A DNA stretch of 64,000 nucleotides from Eledone cirrhosa. Lineage: Eukaryota. The position numbers and the translations under genes are program-made. The stretch is from positions 52,266,001 to 52,330,000 of the forward strand of contig OZ024745.1 of assembly GCA_964016885.1 (NCBI GenBank). The letters are read 5' to 3'. Every line of letters begins with the position of its first letter. Position 1 is the first letter of the stretch. Of this stretch, positions 26,105-39,921 are shown in pieces. Below the pieces are notes generated by a model, which was not told where the DNA came from, made no database searches, and saw only the letters and a program-made list of their open reading frames with translations.

Positions 26105-27073
26105 TTCACAAACTAAATGAGAACTTAAATTATGTCAATTTTAACTCTAATCACCCCAGATCCGTTAAAAATACTATAGTGAACTCTGTACAAGAACGAA
26201 TTTCGAGAATTTCATTTAATAAGAATATATTTGATGAAAAAGCGCATTATTACAACGAAGCGTTAGGTAGAGATGGGTATAGAAATAAAATTAAATACAT
26301 CGATAATAATAATAATATAACAACTAACCATAATAATAACAATTTTAACTATGGTAACAATTTTAACAACTATAATAGAAAACCTTACAATAATTCCGAA
26401 AGCCGAAAAAGAAATAGAACTAGGAATATATTATGGTTCGCTCCTCCTTTCTCACTAAATATTAAAACCCTTATTGCTAAACTATTCATTAAAGCTGTTG
26501 ACAAATGCTTCCCTAGAACACATAGATATTACTCAATTTTTAATAGATATAGTATAAAATTAACTTACTCTTCCACCAAAATTTAGCGCAAAATATTAAT
26601 AGAATTAATAATAGAAATATAAAACCTAACCATAATACCAATAATAACCCAAGCAATATTCAATCGAATAATCGTAACTGTAGAAATAAATCGAACTGTC
26701 GTTAAATAACAAATGCTTAACTAAAAATGTAGTGTATAATTGTAATGTAAAAACTAAGTTAAATTCATTTAATTATGTCGGATCTACCTCCACAGAGTTT
26801 AAATCCCGCTTCAATAATCATAAAAATTATTTTACAGATCCAAACAAAAAGTCTTCAACTTCTCTATCTAGCCTATTATGGGACCTAAAACGAGAAAATG
26901 TTGAATATTCGCTGATTTGGAATATTATTTCAGAAAATTGTGATCTTTGTATAGAGGAAATATTCTTTATATTAAAGACCAACAATTCCCTGAATGTAAG
27001 GAATAATTTATTCAGCTGCTGCAGACATAGATTGAACTCAACGTTTAAATATAAATATAAATTTAAAATGTAG
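26105..27073 (+). pseudogene. PLE RT C-terminus plus GIY-YIG endonuclease (frameshifted)
   Basis: FHKLNENLNYVNFNSNHP..YYNEALGRDGY..RNILWFAPPFS..KLTYS; VYNCNV..NYVGSTSTEFKSRFNNHK..STSLSSLLWDLK..CDLCIEE..CRH. Confidence 0.85.
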
Positions 27074-28502
27074 TATATAATTAATTAATTAATTTGGTTA
27101 ATATATGAAACCTGTCGATAAATCATTAGATTCCTTCATCTTTTTCATTTTCTTTGGTTAAATACTCAAGTATAAATAAACTTTCTTCCTAAATATAAAT
27201 ATAAATATAATAAACTATTCTAGAGAAATATATTGAGCTCTTGAAAGGAGAAAATATTTCCTATTTCTTATTTTTCCTATTTTTTATTTTTTATTTATTT
27301 TGTATTATGTTTTTTTTTTATTCTGATAGCTTCTCATAATTTTCTTGAGTAAAATATACGTAAGATAAATTTCTATACTAAATCTATTAAACATATTATT
27401 TTACCTTAAAATATTCTATAATATTTTAAAATATTTTAATATTTTAATATTTTAGAATTGTTTTGTTTTTAAGGTTATATTGATATAATTATATTTCCAA
27501 AATATAATCCTTTTGTATTTTATGTACTCAATTATACTATGTACTATATTGATGTATACTTATCTCTATACGTGTATGTAGGTATATGTGTATATTAACA
27601 TACATATACATGTGTTATATGCATGTTATGAATATATGTCTGTCTGTATGTGTGCATGCGTGACGCGTGTCTACCAATTGGCTGAGGATGCACACACATG
27701 TATATATATGTATATGTAAGAATTGTGTGTGTGCATGTACATGTATATCCATACAATTTGATTGCATATAGTCATAACTAACAGCCATAAATGCATGACA
27801 GCTAATCTTATATATTTATATATATATATTAAACATTTTTATTTAATAACACAAAGGATGTATAACATTAAATAAAAAAAAATCATTTATGCTTTGTAAG
27901 TATATATTATATACGGGGGTAGATATGATGTGTATTTTCTGAGTGTGTGTATATATGTATTTATGTGTATTTTTGCGTGTGTGTACGTGTTATATGATAT
28001 GTAGTTTCTCTAGCAATATATAGATTTTTTAATGTTTAAATTCCAATTTTTAATATATTGATCTCAATTTTTAAACTAAATATCTAATCATAGTTAAACA
28101 ATGATTAATTTCTCATATTATATATGTATATTCCATTCATGAATATTAATATTTCTAATTTTATTTATTCATTTCATCTCAATTATTAACTTAACTTAAT
28201 ATGACATGACTTAAGGTTTTCGTTCTCTCCCCCTCTCTCTATCTCTATTTTTCTCTCTCGATTTTTTCTCTCTGTCTGGTGTTTTGATATCTCTCTCTCG
28301 TTTTTCTCTCTTTTTTCTTCTTTTTTTTTTCTTTCTTTCTCCCTTTTCTCTCTCTCCGTTTTTCTCTCTCTCTCCATGTTTTTCCTTCTCTGTAACACAA
28401 CGACTTACTAATATAAGTAAACAAATCCCGATGTCTTCCAAAAGTAACGGTTGCATTTTGTAAGGGTATGTCAATATTTATTTATAAAACTGGTATATAT
28501 TG

Positions 28503-28567
28503 TATTTTGTCTGATGAAAGCATACCATAATTTAACATGGTATCCTTGAAATATGCATAATAAAATA
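28503..28567 (+). ncRNA. type I hammerhead ribozyme
   Basis: TATTTTGT-CTGATGA-stem II AAG-ATACCAT/ATGGTAT-CTT-GAAA-TATGCA-TA-ATAAAATA. Confidence 0.88.
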
Positions 28568-28694
28568 GATATGGTTTTATAAATATAGTTTCCATTTATT
28601 AATATCGTATATTTACTCCAAATACTTGTCGAGTGCTTTATATGAGTTATAAAAATATTTGCTTGTTGTATCCCAACAATGTAAATAGAACTTT

Positions 28695-28753
<59 letters not shown>

Positions 28754-30676
28754 ATATATACTTCCATTTACGCGCTCATATTCATACTCGCATGACCACA
28801 AAAGGACGCACATAAACAAACATGTTAGATGGTACCAGCGTCCTCATTCTTTGTTTGATCTAATTATCCGAGAATCTATGCAATTAAAATAATGTGTCTG
28901 TAAGAGCATAGTAGTATTTATCCAACTTCTAAATCTTTGGTTTATAATAAGTTAGACAATTATTTAATATAGTCTGTTAGGTCTTCTTTTTCTCAAGTCC
29001 CTCCAATAATCACATTTTATTGCCAAATCTTCCCGTTCATTCATTTGTATATATTGCAGCGCAGGTTGAGAGTCAGTGTATTGTTAATCAGCATGTTACA
29101 ACTCATCTGTAAATAATAAAACGCACACAGACGTCAATAATTATAAATACATGCTGTTTTATATAAATGTGGCCCATTAAATTGATATAAACATTAATGA
29201 AAATTATGTTTGTACAGTTTGTAATAAATTACATTGAATAGTCTAGCATTCCTTTCATTTTAGCAATGAGAATGAAATATTTGAAACGTTATAAAGCTAT
29301 ATATGGAAGTGAATAATGCATGTACTACTATTATCAATTTGGTTTTCTAATTGTAAGCTGCACACTAATGGATACATTTCTATTACAGTTTATGTTACAA
29401 TTTCAATTTCATACATTAAAACGTAATATTTGATTTTCCTTATTGTTGTCATAATATATGTCAATGAATTCTCTTATCTTTATTTAATTCAATTCGTATT
29501 TAATTGTTACTAGCTTATCAGCGTGGACTTTCCAGGTGCATCATTTATTGCTGCAAACCTATTTTAGATTTATGGCTTCAACAATTATACATTTTTCTTG
29601 TTTTACATATTTCTCTTTTTAAGGTTGTTAAATATTCTCCATTAAAAGCTGGGTATCTCACTCAGCAACCTTCTACAAAAGATTCTAAATATTTGTTTCG
29701 TTTTAATTTATTAGGAAATAGAATGGATATTTGCATCTATATGGTAATATATATATATATATATATATATATATCTATATCTATATATATATATGATACA
29801 CTCTGGGATTTCCTAAAATTGGAATGATTGTAGTTAGCATATAGGTTTTGATGAGGATTATTAGATACTTTTTTAGATACTTTTTTTAAATATTCAATCA
29901 TTTTTTAAAGCACGATGAATATGTACTGGTATATGGTTCCCGCCGACACGCACACACACACACACGCACACACGCACACATACACACACACATGCACACA
30001 CACACACACACACACACACAGACATAAGTGATATCAGAATTCAAGTACTTGCATCAACTGATATACCTCCTCTACACACATTTAACAATAAGTAAATTCT
30101 CCAACTCTGTAATATTTGTCAGTTCTATTTTGTCAATCTCTGGCAAATTAATTCTGGATAATTTTCCATAATTGGGTTTCCACATCAAAGACATATCCAG
30201 TACTCGTCTTCTATTCTATTCATTGACCAATGAATGTTTGTACGTGTTACAGTTATGATATTGTCATAATGTTAATTATTGGATTTTTATGTTACTCCTA
30301 TGACGCGATAAAAGCTGCTCAAATCAATGTTGTGTGGTCGTAGTTCAACCGATTTTAGAGGTCATATGTTATTGGCAAAAATTCGACCCCAAAAGTCCGC
30401 ACAATCTAGATCAGCTGAAAACGAAATATCACCGCGGAAATCTATACCTGTTATATTTTTGTTGGATCACATTACATAATCCGTCTGTTGAGAGTGAACC
30501 AGGCAGATTGGGAACTAGTGGAAATTCACGTGCCTCAACTGCACCAGAGTCTGCGTGTACATGATTGGCATCTAAAGTCACACCAGGTTGTGCCACCGCA
30601 CATAACAGGCCAAAAATTATTTCCACTGCAAGCGAAGAACCACCATTCATTGGAAATGTGAGGTATGAGTGGAGAA

Positions 30677-30748
<72 letters not shown>

Positions 30749-30759
30749 ATATATATATG

Positions 30760-31698
30760 ACGATATATTTAATCGATTTCCACGTGCTATTGAAATGGTG
30801 GGTAAATATTCTATAGCTGTTGATCGCGAATAGATGGATGTCATTTATTTATCTATTATTTCTTCATAGGTGTCTTTTAATCTTATAGCCTGGTTTAATT
30901 GGTTTTTTGTGAGGTTGATTATGCTGATTGGAAGAGGAAATGGTGGATATATCTTATCAAATGATTCTATGGACATAATTATTAGTATATTGCTCTGATT
31001 ATTTAATTTATTAATTCATCATTGAGCCACATCGTGAATGGTTGCCAAAAACATATATACCTATAGCTTTGTCTAGTTTGTGTATATGTAAATCTTTATA
31101 TTTGATAATCTCCTATAAAGTTGAGATGCAATTTAGGCTATTTTAGGCTGCGCTTTCTAGCAACCAGCCCACTCGCCGTAAAACACCAATCACATTCTAT
31201 CTGACTTGACCACTGCGACGTCACAGTTTTTAGCCATTTTGAATTCGTTTCTGGCGGGGATCATTTAAGAAAAATCTTCGCCCATGTCAGTTTGTTTCCT
31301 GATGATTTCGAAGCTCGAGAATTTATCCTTCATCGGATATTTCCAAAAGCGAATGAAACCCTAAGGGGTAGAAACTTAATCCTGGTATGTGTATATACAT
31401 TTAATCGATTTCCACGTGCTATTGAAATGCTGGGTAAATAATCTATAGTTGTTGATCGCGAATAAATATCTGTCGTTTATTTATCTATTATTTCTTCATA
31501 GGTGCCTTTTAATCTTATAGCCTGGTTTAATTGGTTTTTTGGTGTGGTTGATTATGCTGATTGGGAGAGGAAATGGTGGGATATATCTTATCAAATGATT
31601 CTATGGATATAATGTATAGTATATATTGTATATGTTGAATATTGAGTGCAAATTTGGGGTACCGCCTATGGAAGCACCATAGCTACCATTATACACAA

Positions 31699-31700
<2 letters not shown>
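30760..31700 (+). mobile_element. partial tandem (period about 633 bp) non-coding HHR element in (TA)n
   Basis: 30766-30980 repeated at 31399-31613 (diverged) with an HHR between them; 3' end shared with 37743-37810. Confidence 0.7.
31294..31375 (+). ncRNA. type I hammerhead ribozyme
   Basis: GTTTC-CTGATGA-TTCG/CGAA stem II-GAAA-CCCTAAGGGG-TA-GAAAC. Confidence 0.8.
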
Positions 31701-31764
<64 letters not shown>

Positions 31765-31772
31765 ATGTATGT

Positions 31773-31840
<68 letters not shown>

Positions 31841-32994
31841 ATATGTGTGTGTATTTATTCTATGTGATTCAGTGAATTACTGGTGGGGGTACCAAAACGA
31901 GCTCTCAATCTACAAGCAGAGTGTTTTGTTATACGATGCCACGAAGTGATTTGGATGTTAATTGTCTAAAACAAGATATTGGGAAGTCACTTTATAGAAA
32001 CCCTCAAGCAAATTCAACAAATGATATCTCATGGACATGACAGAAACCTCAGTGCTTCAAGTATATAGGAAAAATAAGTGGAAACATCCCGACGGTTCTT
32101 TGAATTCCATGACAGGCTTCTGTCTTTCTGTTCAATGAGGCCAGATTGCCTTCGATGTCTTTTATAGAATGTTGAATATGGATTTTATGTAGATGACTAT
32201 TAGCTAATATTTAAAACAAATCGAAGCAGATGACGTTTTGTAGATGATGGCAAGTAGCCCATTTATGTAGAGAGATACTAAAGTCTTAGTAAGAAGGCTA
32301 TTAACAAGTTACACAATGATGCGATTTGAAAGGAAGCAGCTAACACAAAGATTAAAGATAGATGCAAGGATAAACTGTCTGTTTTGCCAGATAATTTGTA
32401 AACATTCATAGTGAAATAGTATCCTAATTTCGAGGGCAACATATTTTTTGTCCATATTTCACGAGCGTGCCCTTTTGTGTGCGATATAGGTGATTCGTTC
32501 TCCAACATACATGATATTCCGTAATTCATAATGCCGGAAGTTTATATTTTTAAGAGATTTATATGTACACATGTTCCACATGTTTCATATAATGCGACAT
32601 TTCATACAGTGCTGTAGATACATCAGAATATAAAATATTTTCAATGTTCTTTAATTGCCCATTTTTGTCATGTTGGCAAATGAATTTACCGTCGTTTGAA
32701 ATATCAATCCTTATACATTATTTAAAATTTAATTTGTGTTATCCATATGAATCATTCTGGTGCGACACTTTAGATAATTTAACTATCTAGTTTTATTTAG
32801 ATATTTTTAAAACCTCTAATTGTTCTCTTTTTTTATCACTGTCTTCTTCTATCACGCACCCCTCTCTCACTCATTCTCTCCTTGAAACTCAGTAATTCAC
32901 TAAGTATGTAACCATGTACATAGTTATAGAGGAAGTGATATTCACATATAACTTTACACACACATACACGGGCAACTTCTACACACACATATAA

Positions 32995-33060
<66 letters not shown>

Positions 33061-33871
33061 GTGTGTATGTGTGTGTGTGTGTCTATGTGTGTGTGTATGT
33101 GTATGTGTGTGTGTGTGTGTATGTGTGTGTGTATGTGTGTGTGTGTGTGTGTGTGTTTTATCTTAGAATATGCCTATGCATGCATAACTAATCATAGAAA
33201 TACATTTGTTAAGTTTACGTCGCTTTGCATTTAAGAGGGTTATGCATTAAGATTGAGGCCCATTCTATGCGTAGCTTCCATGAGGAATACAATAGTGTCT
33301 CCAGCTTTGGAAAGCAAATGACAGAGAATCATATCAATTTTCGAACAGCAGAAAAGGATTAGCAAATTAAATCTATTCTTTTCCCTAATAAAATACTCTC
33401 ATGATTATAACATTATCGATATGTATACGAGGATATTTTGTCATTTTCGGTTTACAAAATTCTCGGGAAATATATATCCTGTTTGGGAATAAATTATATA
33501 AAAGTAGAAAATAACTACACATATTGACAGTTTTAAAACGCAATCATTCTAGTGATGTTGGAAAACCAGCAACAAGTTAATCTATTCGGTTCTCTTAAAC
33601 TGAATGGGACTACATAAATTGCCTTCTATAATTACCGGAACTCATAAGACAAACATGACACGCAGATACATTAAAATAGTCATAAATTGCAGAAATGCTG
33701 GAATAACAATAAATAGAAACAGCACGGTGAACATAATTTCCCTGCAATAATTGCTATTATGACTATTATTTTCGTTTAGAATGGATTCCCTTGACGCTAT
33801 TCTAAATACTGCATGCAGTGTAAAATGTATCTGCAACAGTGCTGGAAACAGCTGAAGAAAGAAAAAGGGGA

Positions 33872-33914
<43 letters not shown>

Positions 33915-33928
33915 GGAGAGAGAAAGAG

Positions 33929-33995
<67 letters not shown>

Positions 33996-34984
33996 ACAGA
34001 TGGGAAACGAGAACCGCATATAGTGAACTAAGTGTAGTACGGGGAAGATAATTAGAGAGTTAAGCAGATGCATAGAGACAAATGTAATTCTTGTTTAATG
34101 AATTTCTTCAAAATCTGACAGAATATTTTATATAACAATGTACAGAAATTCCTATATACAGTATTTGTGATATATATCAATTTAGTTAAATTCTAATAGA
34201 CATTCGCATTTAGTATCCTAGTGTTGTTCATAAGAACGAAAGCTAGGAGGCCATCTGATTTATATCGACAAAGAAATAACATGGAGGTCTTATACCGTTT
34301 CAAATATTACGAGAAAAAAAAGGAAACAAAAGCAACAAATCAATGACTAACTAAAATCGCATTCATGTATTTAAATCAATAGAAAAATAATTTTGTTTTT
34401 TATCCTTCAGATTATTACAACAAAAGTTTATAATTTTCGAAATGGAATAAACACATACTTTATTTCATTCAAACTCCTTTTTGAGATGTCATTCAAGAAA
34501 CATGAAGTTAGCGCATCTTTCTTGAGATTGCTACCTGTTATACGTTAACCAGCGTCTATAATATCAATAAATATCTCACCCAAATTTACACGATATCATT
34601 CCTTCGCTTGACTAAATCATGAAGTGAAAGGCTTCAAAAGGAATATATACATTGTGATTTTTTTATCTGGTTGGTCATTGAGCATATATGGAGCAAATAA
34701 AAGGTGAAAGAAAATGAAAGAGCGAGAGTGTGATTGAGTGAAAGAGAGAGAAAGACTTATTTTGCTACTTTTGCCACAATATTGGCATTTTTAATAAAAT
34801 ATATTATCAATAGAAAAAAATATTAAATTCAATAAGACATCCATCAGTGGGTAACGATATTTCTGCGTCGAGTTTCTGTCAGAAGAAAGTTCTATCTATG
34901 CCCGAGTTGATATATTTTGTGTTGAACAGTAAAGAGGCGAATCAACGTGGGGACATCTACACTGTCGCATTATCTGCTATTAAT

Positions 34985-35186
34985 AATCGTTTCTTATATA
35001 GACACAAGGCCAGCGCTTTTTTTTGGCGGGGGGAGGGAAAATTCGATTCAATCGACCCCAGTGCGTGACTGGTGCTTTATTTTATCGACCCCGTAAGGAT
35101 GAAAGGCAAAGTTAACATCTGCGTGATTTGAACTCAGACCATAAAGACCGTACTCTATCTACCGATACTTCCAATTCACCGCCCTA
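34985..35186 (-). mobile_element. SINE (family A variant) with 15-bp TSD
   Basis: Reverse complement match; TCTGCTATTAATAAT at 34973-34987 and 35191-35205. Confidence 0.8.
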
Positions 35187-36029
35187 ATTGTCTGCTATTA
35201 ATAATGGAAAATATCTCATTAAATGCACACTGCCGTCTTGAAAAGTAGATTTTACATAACATTATCATGCATATGTTTGAAAATACCACAGTTTTGCCTT
35301 GAATTGGCTTTGAGCGTATATTTATCACAATTTGATTTACCTTGGCCTAAACTAGATGATCAATGTTATCATATAAATGAGGGTTGAAGCGAGTAGTTTC
35401 ATGGGAGGCAAATATTCAGTTTAATTAGTTATATTTATGTGGTTAGTTTCATCCGTAATTGCCCTGAATATTCATAGAGGAAGTCATTTTATGATTTAAA
35501 TATCTGACATATTATGACGCAACTATTGACACTTATGAATATCCCTTTCGACTTTCGTAATTTAGCCATCCCAAGCTTTAACAATGCTATTGATGTTATA
35601 CATAATGAAATTCATTACTAATCAATTCAAATTGGAAAGTGGCACATGGTATATTAACAGAAATCTAATTAAATTTCAATGAAATGTTCCACAGATAACC
35701 TTAAATTGACAATAGAGTTCCCTCTGAACATAATTTGAAGGTTATTGGACATTGGTAATGCAAAGTCATGCATACGTACATTTTGCAAATAATAGAGGAA
35801 TAACTACGAATCAGTGTATTAAAGAACACATCCTTAAAATGATTTCCACGAAACATAAAACAATATTCCTCAAGACGTTGAGCGTTGAGTATTCTCTACA
35901 CTTTCAAAGAGTCTACAAATAGTTGATGCCAATCAACGTTCATATAATGCATTCTTAGATAAACGAAATTCAGATGCACAGATAAAAACGCACACACACA
36001 CACACACACAGACATATATATATTTTTTT

Positions 36030-36530
36030 CTTAACCCACCTATTACCGCATTTAAGCGCACCCGTAACCACCACGATATCCTGATACGCAGTTCCTTCTT
36101 GTCCTCCCCTATGACTCCCCCCCCCAGCTCTTATCCTTGTTCTTGTTCCCGCTGTAACACTTGTTCTTTCATTTCCACCCCTACCACTCTCACAGGACTC
36201 AACAAGTTATTCCGTAGCCGTCACTCCTTCACCTGCCCCTCCACCCACGTTGGTTATGCCCTCCGGCGTTCCATTTGCGGGTCCTTACATCGGACAAGTG
36301 GGACGCCGTTTGGCGGACCTTTTTTTTTAACATTTGAGGGACATACGACTCGCTTCGCATACTCCCGTCATTTTCGTTCTCCTGGTCACTCTTCCCTATA
36401 TGTCTCAGTTCTGGGTGTCCTTTTACATCACGGATCACAGCCTGTTGCACCAGAACTGAACAGATTCTGATTTACCGCCTTGGGTTTTGTCTGCCCCATG
36501 GAATCAACTCCCCTCCCTAATTTATTTAAT
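36030..36530 (+). pseudogene. Neptune-like PLE Zn-finger linker plus GIY-YIG remnant
   Basis: PPITAFKRTRN..ILIRS, YPCSCSRCNTC, HSFTCPSTHVGY..YIGQVGRRLAD..RHFRSPGHS..EQILIYRLG..PHGIN; frameshifted. Confidence 0.75.
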
Positions 36531-37448
36531 ACCACGTCCATTATCACACACGGGCTGGTACATTCACCCATAGATTCCTATGGCTCTCTTATGGTAAAAA
36601 GACATATGCTCTTACAGAAAATAAAGACCAACAAAATACGCACACTCCACTTTCCATTTCAGAGCTCTGTGTACACACACACAAACCCTTATATTAACAT
36701 ACATTTGCTCATAGCTTCGTACTTTCAAGCACAGACACATTCCTTTACTTACATGTACACACATCTTTGCCTCTCTGGAATTGGTTTTTAGCCTGGTTTT
36801 GAGGTTATAAGCATCGGATTTCCTCACATAAGTCCGACCTTTTCTATGTAAGAACACAAGTCGCTACGTAATTGAAACTGCTTTTCTTCTTGTTCTTCTT
36901 CTTGTTCTTCTTCTTCTTCTTGTTCTTCTTCTTCTTTGCCCACTTCCTCTTGATAGAGTCGTTGTAGTAGAGTCCTCAAACACGCCTTATAGTTAGTCCT
37001 GTCCAACTGATATTAGAAACAGAAAAAAAATAACAACAATTTGAGCCACATTTTAAAATGAAAATGGCAATATAGAAGCCTCAAACGATAACTGGCGCGA
37101 AAGTTGATGCATTCATCAACCAACCACATTTCACTCATATATAAAAAAAAAACAATGTGCGCCACATTTTTAAAGACAAATACAATAAGAATTTGAAACG
37201 CGAATTGACGCGATATTTATTATACTTATTCATGTGACAGTCATCAAACCACCAAATTACTTTTTTTTTAAATCCAGCAATTAGAGCCACTTTGTTCTAC
37301 ATAAAACAGAAATAACTTTCGAACAACAATCAGATGCGAGAAAACCACAAACCTTTCATCTCAATTCTACTTTTGAAAAGCATGAGAACTGTAATACCGG
37401 TAAATAAATATTCTTGAATAGACTCCAGTTGGATTTTCGATTTCTTTT

Positions 37449-37494
<46 letters not shown>

Positions 37495-37500
<6 letters not shown>

Positions 37501-37805
37501 AAAAAGCGAAAAATCAGTGATGCATCTGGACTCAGTTTATTGCGTGTTACAATTGTTTCGCCGGCAAGTAACTCGAGACATGATCACTGTATGGATCTGG
37601 CTGATTCTACAGCTTCGGCTTCTTCGGACACATGCAATTCTTTCGGAGCAAATTTTTTCACAACAATTGTAACACGCAATAAACTGAGTGCAGAAGCATC
37701 ACTGATTTTTCGTTTTTTTATACTATTCACACTCTGATCTGTAGGAATATTGAGTGCTAATTTTGGTATACCGCCTATGGAAGCACCATAGCTTCCATTA
37801 AACAC

Positions 37806-37810
<5 letters not shown>
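37495..37810 (+). mobile_element. short foldback PLE pLTR remnant in (TA)n
   Basis: 37497-37557 is the reverse complement of 37662-37722; (TA)n on both sides. Confidence 0.75.
37543..37632 (-). ncRNA. type I hammerhead ribozyme (CCGAAGA core variant)
   Basis: Minus strand TGTGT-CCGAAGA-A-GCCG..CGGC-GAAA-CAATTG-TA-ACACG. Confidence 0.72.
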
Positions 37811-37878
<68 letters not shown>

Positions 37879-38933
37879 TACATATATATGTGTGTGATTG
37901 TGTTAATAATTAAAATACCAATATTTTCATATTTTACTACTTATTTTCTTTGATGACTTCCATCGACTGGCATTTCATTGGCTATATCATTATACGAAAC
38001 TATACAATAATTATATTAAAAATCTTCTTTCATGCAAGATATAATTAGATGTATTGATGATATTTGTAGTTCTTTCCAAATAAAAACTTCATAGATTTCC
38101 ATATATTGTGTCCTTGATTTTCTCTCTGTAGACAATTTCTAACTTTACTTGACCAAGAAAGTACATTATGGCTTGGTTCTTTGTGTGGGGAATCTGTATA
38201 TTTCTCTTGTGCGTTCTCATATTAAGAATTATACTTGAATATTAAGACCTATTCTTGGTAATATTTATTTAGATTGTTAGTTTAAATGGTTTATAAGGCT
38301 TAGTACATATATCTATCTGTTTTCTGATTAGTTATTCCATCTTATCGGATTTCAGATTAAATTCTGCATATGATTGACAATATAAGTACCGGAGCCATTC
38401 TTGCCTCGTTGAAATACACCTCACATCTTTCGCTCTCTGAATAATTGAATTTATACTTTATTATATAATCAATAGATATGAGAACACATGCATATAATAT
38501 TATTAGATATCAATGATCGCCAATTCTCGCCTGTATCGTAATTAGAACTTACGTTTACTTCAGAAAATCAAATTGTCTTTTGTATGAAACGTTTCATATG
38601 CACATATCGATTAGGTCTATGCAGCTATCATTCCCGAAATGTATCGGATCGAATGAATGGTATAGATAATACAATAAATTTAAGTAAACATAATAACATA
38701 AATATATATTCTTGCAAGCGCAGTCGTATTGAAAATATTGTTAATTTAGCTTTGTGTCGACGGTGTCTAAGATCATTGTATTAATATCTATATTGCTTAT
38801 TTAACATACATTCAAACAGACACAACAAGCACTCACACATACATATATATTTAAATGTAGAAATGTTCGCATATATGCACACACACGCACACACACACAC
38901 ACACACTCACACACACACCCCCACACACACCCC

Positions 38934-38965
<32 letters not shown>

Positions 38966-38983
38966 AATATAGGAACGAGTAGG

Positions 38984-39079
38984 ACCCCGACGGCTGAGCT
39001 CAAGCCGTTTCGACGGCTAATTCTGGACTAAATGAACATTTTTATGATGGTATATGAATAGCCGAGCTTCTCAGGGGGT
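38984..39079 (-). ncRNA. type I hammerhead-like motif (CTGAGAA core variant)
   Basis: Minus strand ACCCC-CTGAGAA-..CGGCTA/TAGCCG-TC-GAAA-CGGCT(TGAGCTC)AGCCG-TC-GGGGT. Confidence 0.65.
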
Positions 39080-39686
39080 AATTCCATATATGGTAAAAGT
39101 GATTGTCACAAGGATTCATCAAAAGTATGTTGTTGAGACATAATAATTCTATCATGGCATTTTGTGGAGGGAAGGGGTAGCTGAACCTGCCAGTAGAAGA
39201 AAGAGGGAGAGGTCGTGGAGGAAACCCAGTCGTGCGTTGATAGTGCCAACTACAGCTGGACAGGAGGTCAAAGAAGATACTAGGGAGGGGGAGGGGGAGG
39301 ACGTCGAAACCAGAAGTAAAACAATATGGGGTAAATATATAGAAAAATGCCGAGTGTTAAAAAACAATTAAATGTAAAAAAAAAAAATGAAAAAAAAATA
39401 GTTTTATAACACTCGGTATTTTTCTATATATTTACCCCATATTGTTTTACTTATTGTTTCGACTTCCTCCCCCTCCCCCTCCCTAGTATCTTCTTTGACC
39501 TCCTGCCCAGCTGTAGTTGGCACTATCAACGCACGACTGGGTTTCCTCCACCCCCTCTCCCTCTTTATTCTACTGGCAGGTTCAGCTACCCCTTCCCTCC
39601 ACAAATTGCCATGATAGAATTATTATGTCTCAACAACATACTTTTGACCAATCCTTGTGACAATCACTTTGCCCATATATGGAATT

Positions 39687-39782
39687 ACCCCCTGAGAAGC
39701 TCGGCTATTCATATACCAGGATAAAAATGTTCATTTAGTCCAGAATTAGCCGTCGGAACGGCTTGAGCTCAGCCGTCGGGGT
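39687..39782 (+). ncRNA. degenerate hammerhead-like motif
   Basis: Same as 38984-39079 but GAAA changed to GGAA. Confidence 0.55.
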
Positions 39783-39872
39783 CCTACTAGGTCCTATTAC
39801 CCACTCTACTACCCTAAGTATTGAGTACTCTGGTGCGTTATGGTCCACCTGGTTCCTTACCACATTTCCTTC

Positions 39873-39921
<49 letters not shown>

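Larger units (their letters stand above)
26043..28697 (+). mobile_element. 5'-truncated Penelope-like retroelement (Naiad-like)
   Basis: RT thumb and GIY-YIG remnants, long AT-rich 3' region, HHR-bearing pLTR; 26043-26107 is an inverted copy of 28547-28611; (TA)n on both sides. Confidence 0.85.
38978..39874 (+). mobile_element. foldback PLE pLTR element in (TA)n
   Basis: About 390-bp inverted arms 38978-39365 and 39401-39789 with an A-rich spacer; HHR-like motif in both arms. Confidence 0.8.

Noticed and set aside
30429-30650. GC-richer 73-aa minus-strand ORF
   Set aside because: No recognisable domain or splice context
31960-32420. Possible degraded LINE RT (FVDD-like motif)
   Set aside because: Too many stops and too little motif context to assign
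39162-39604. Two near-identical ORFs MWREGVAEPASR.. on opposite strands
   Set aside because: They result from the inverted repeat; non-ATG starts and no recognisable domain
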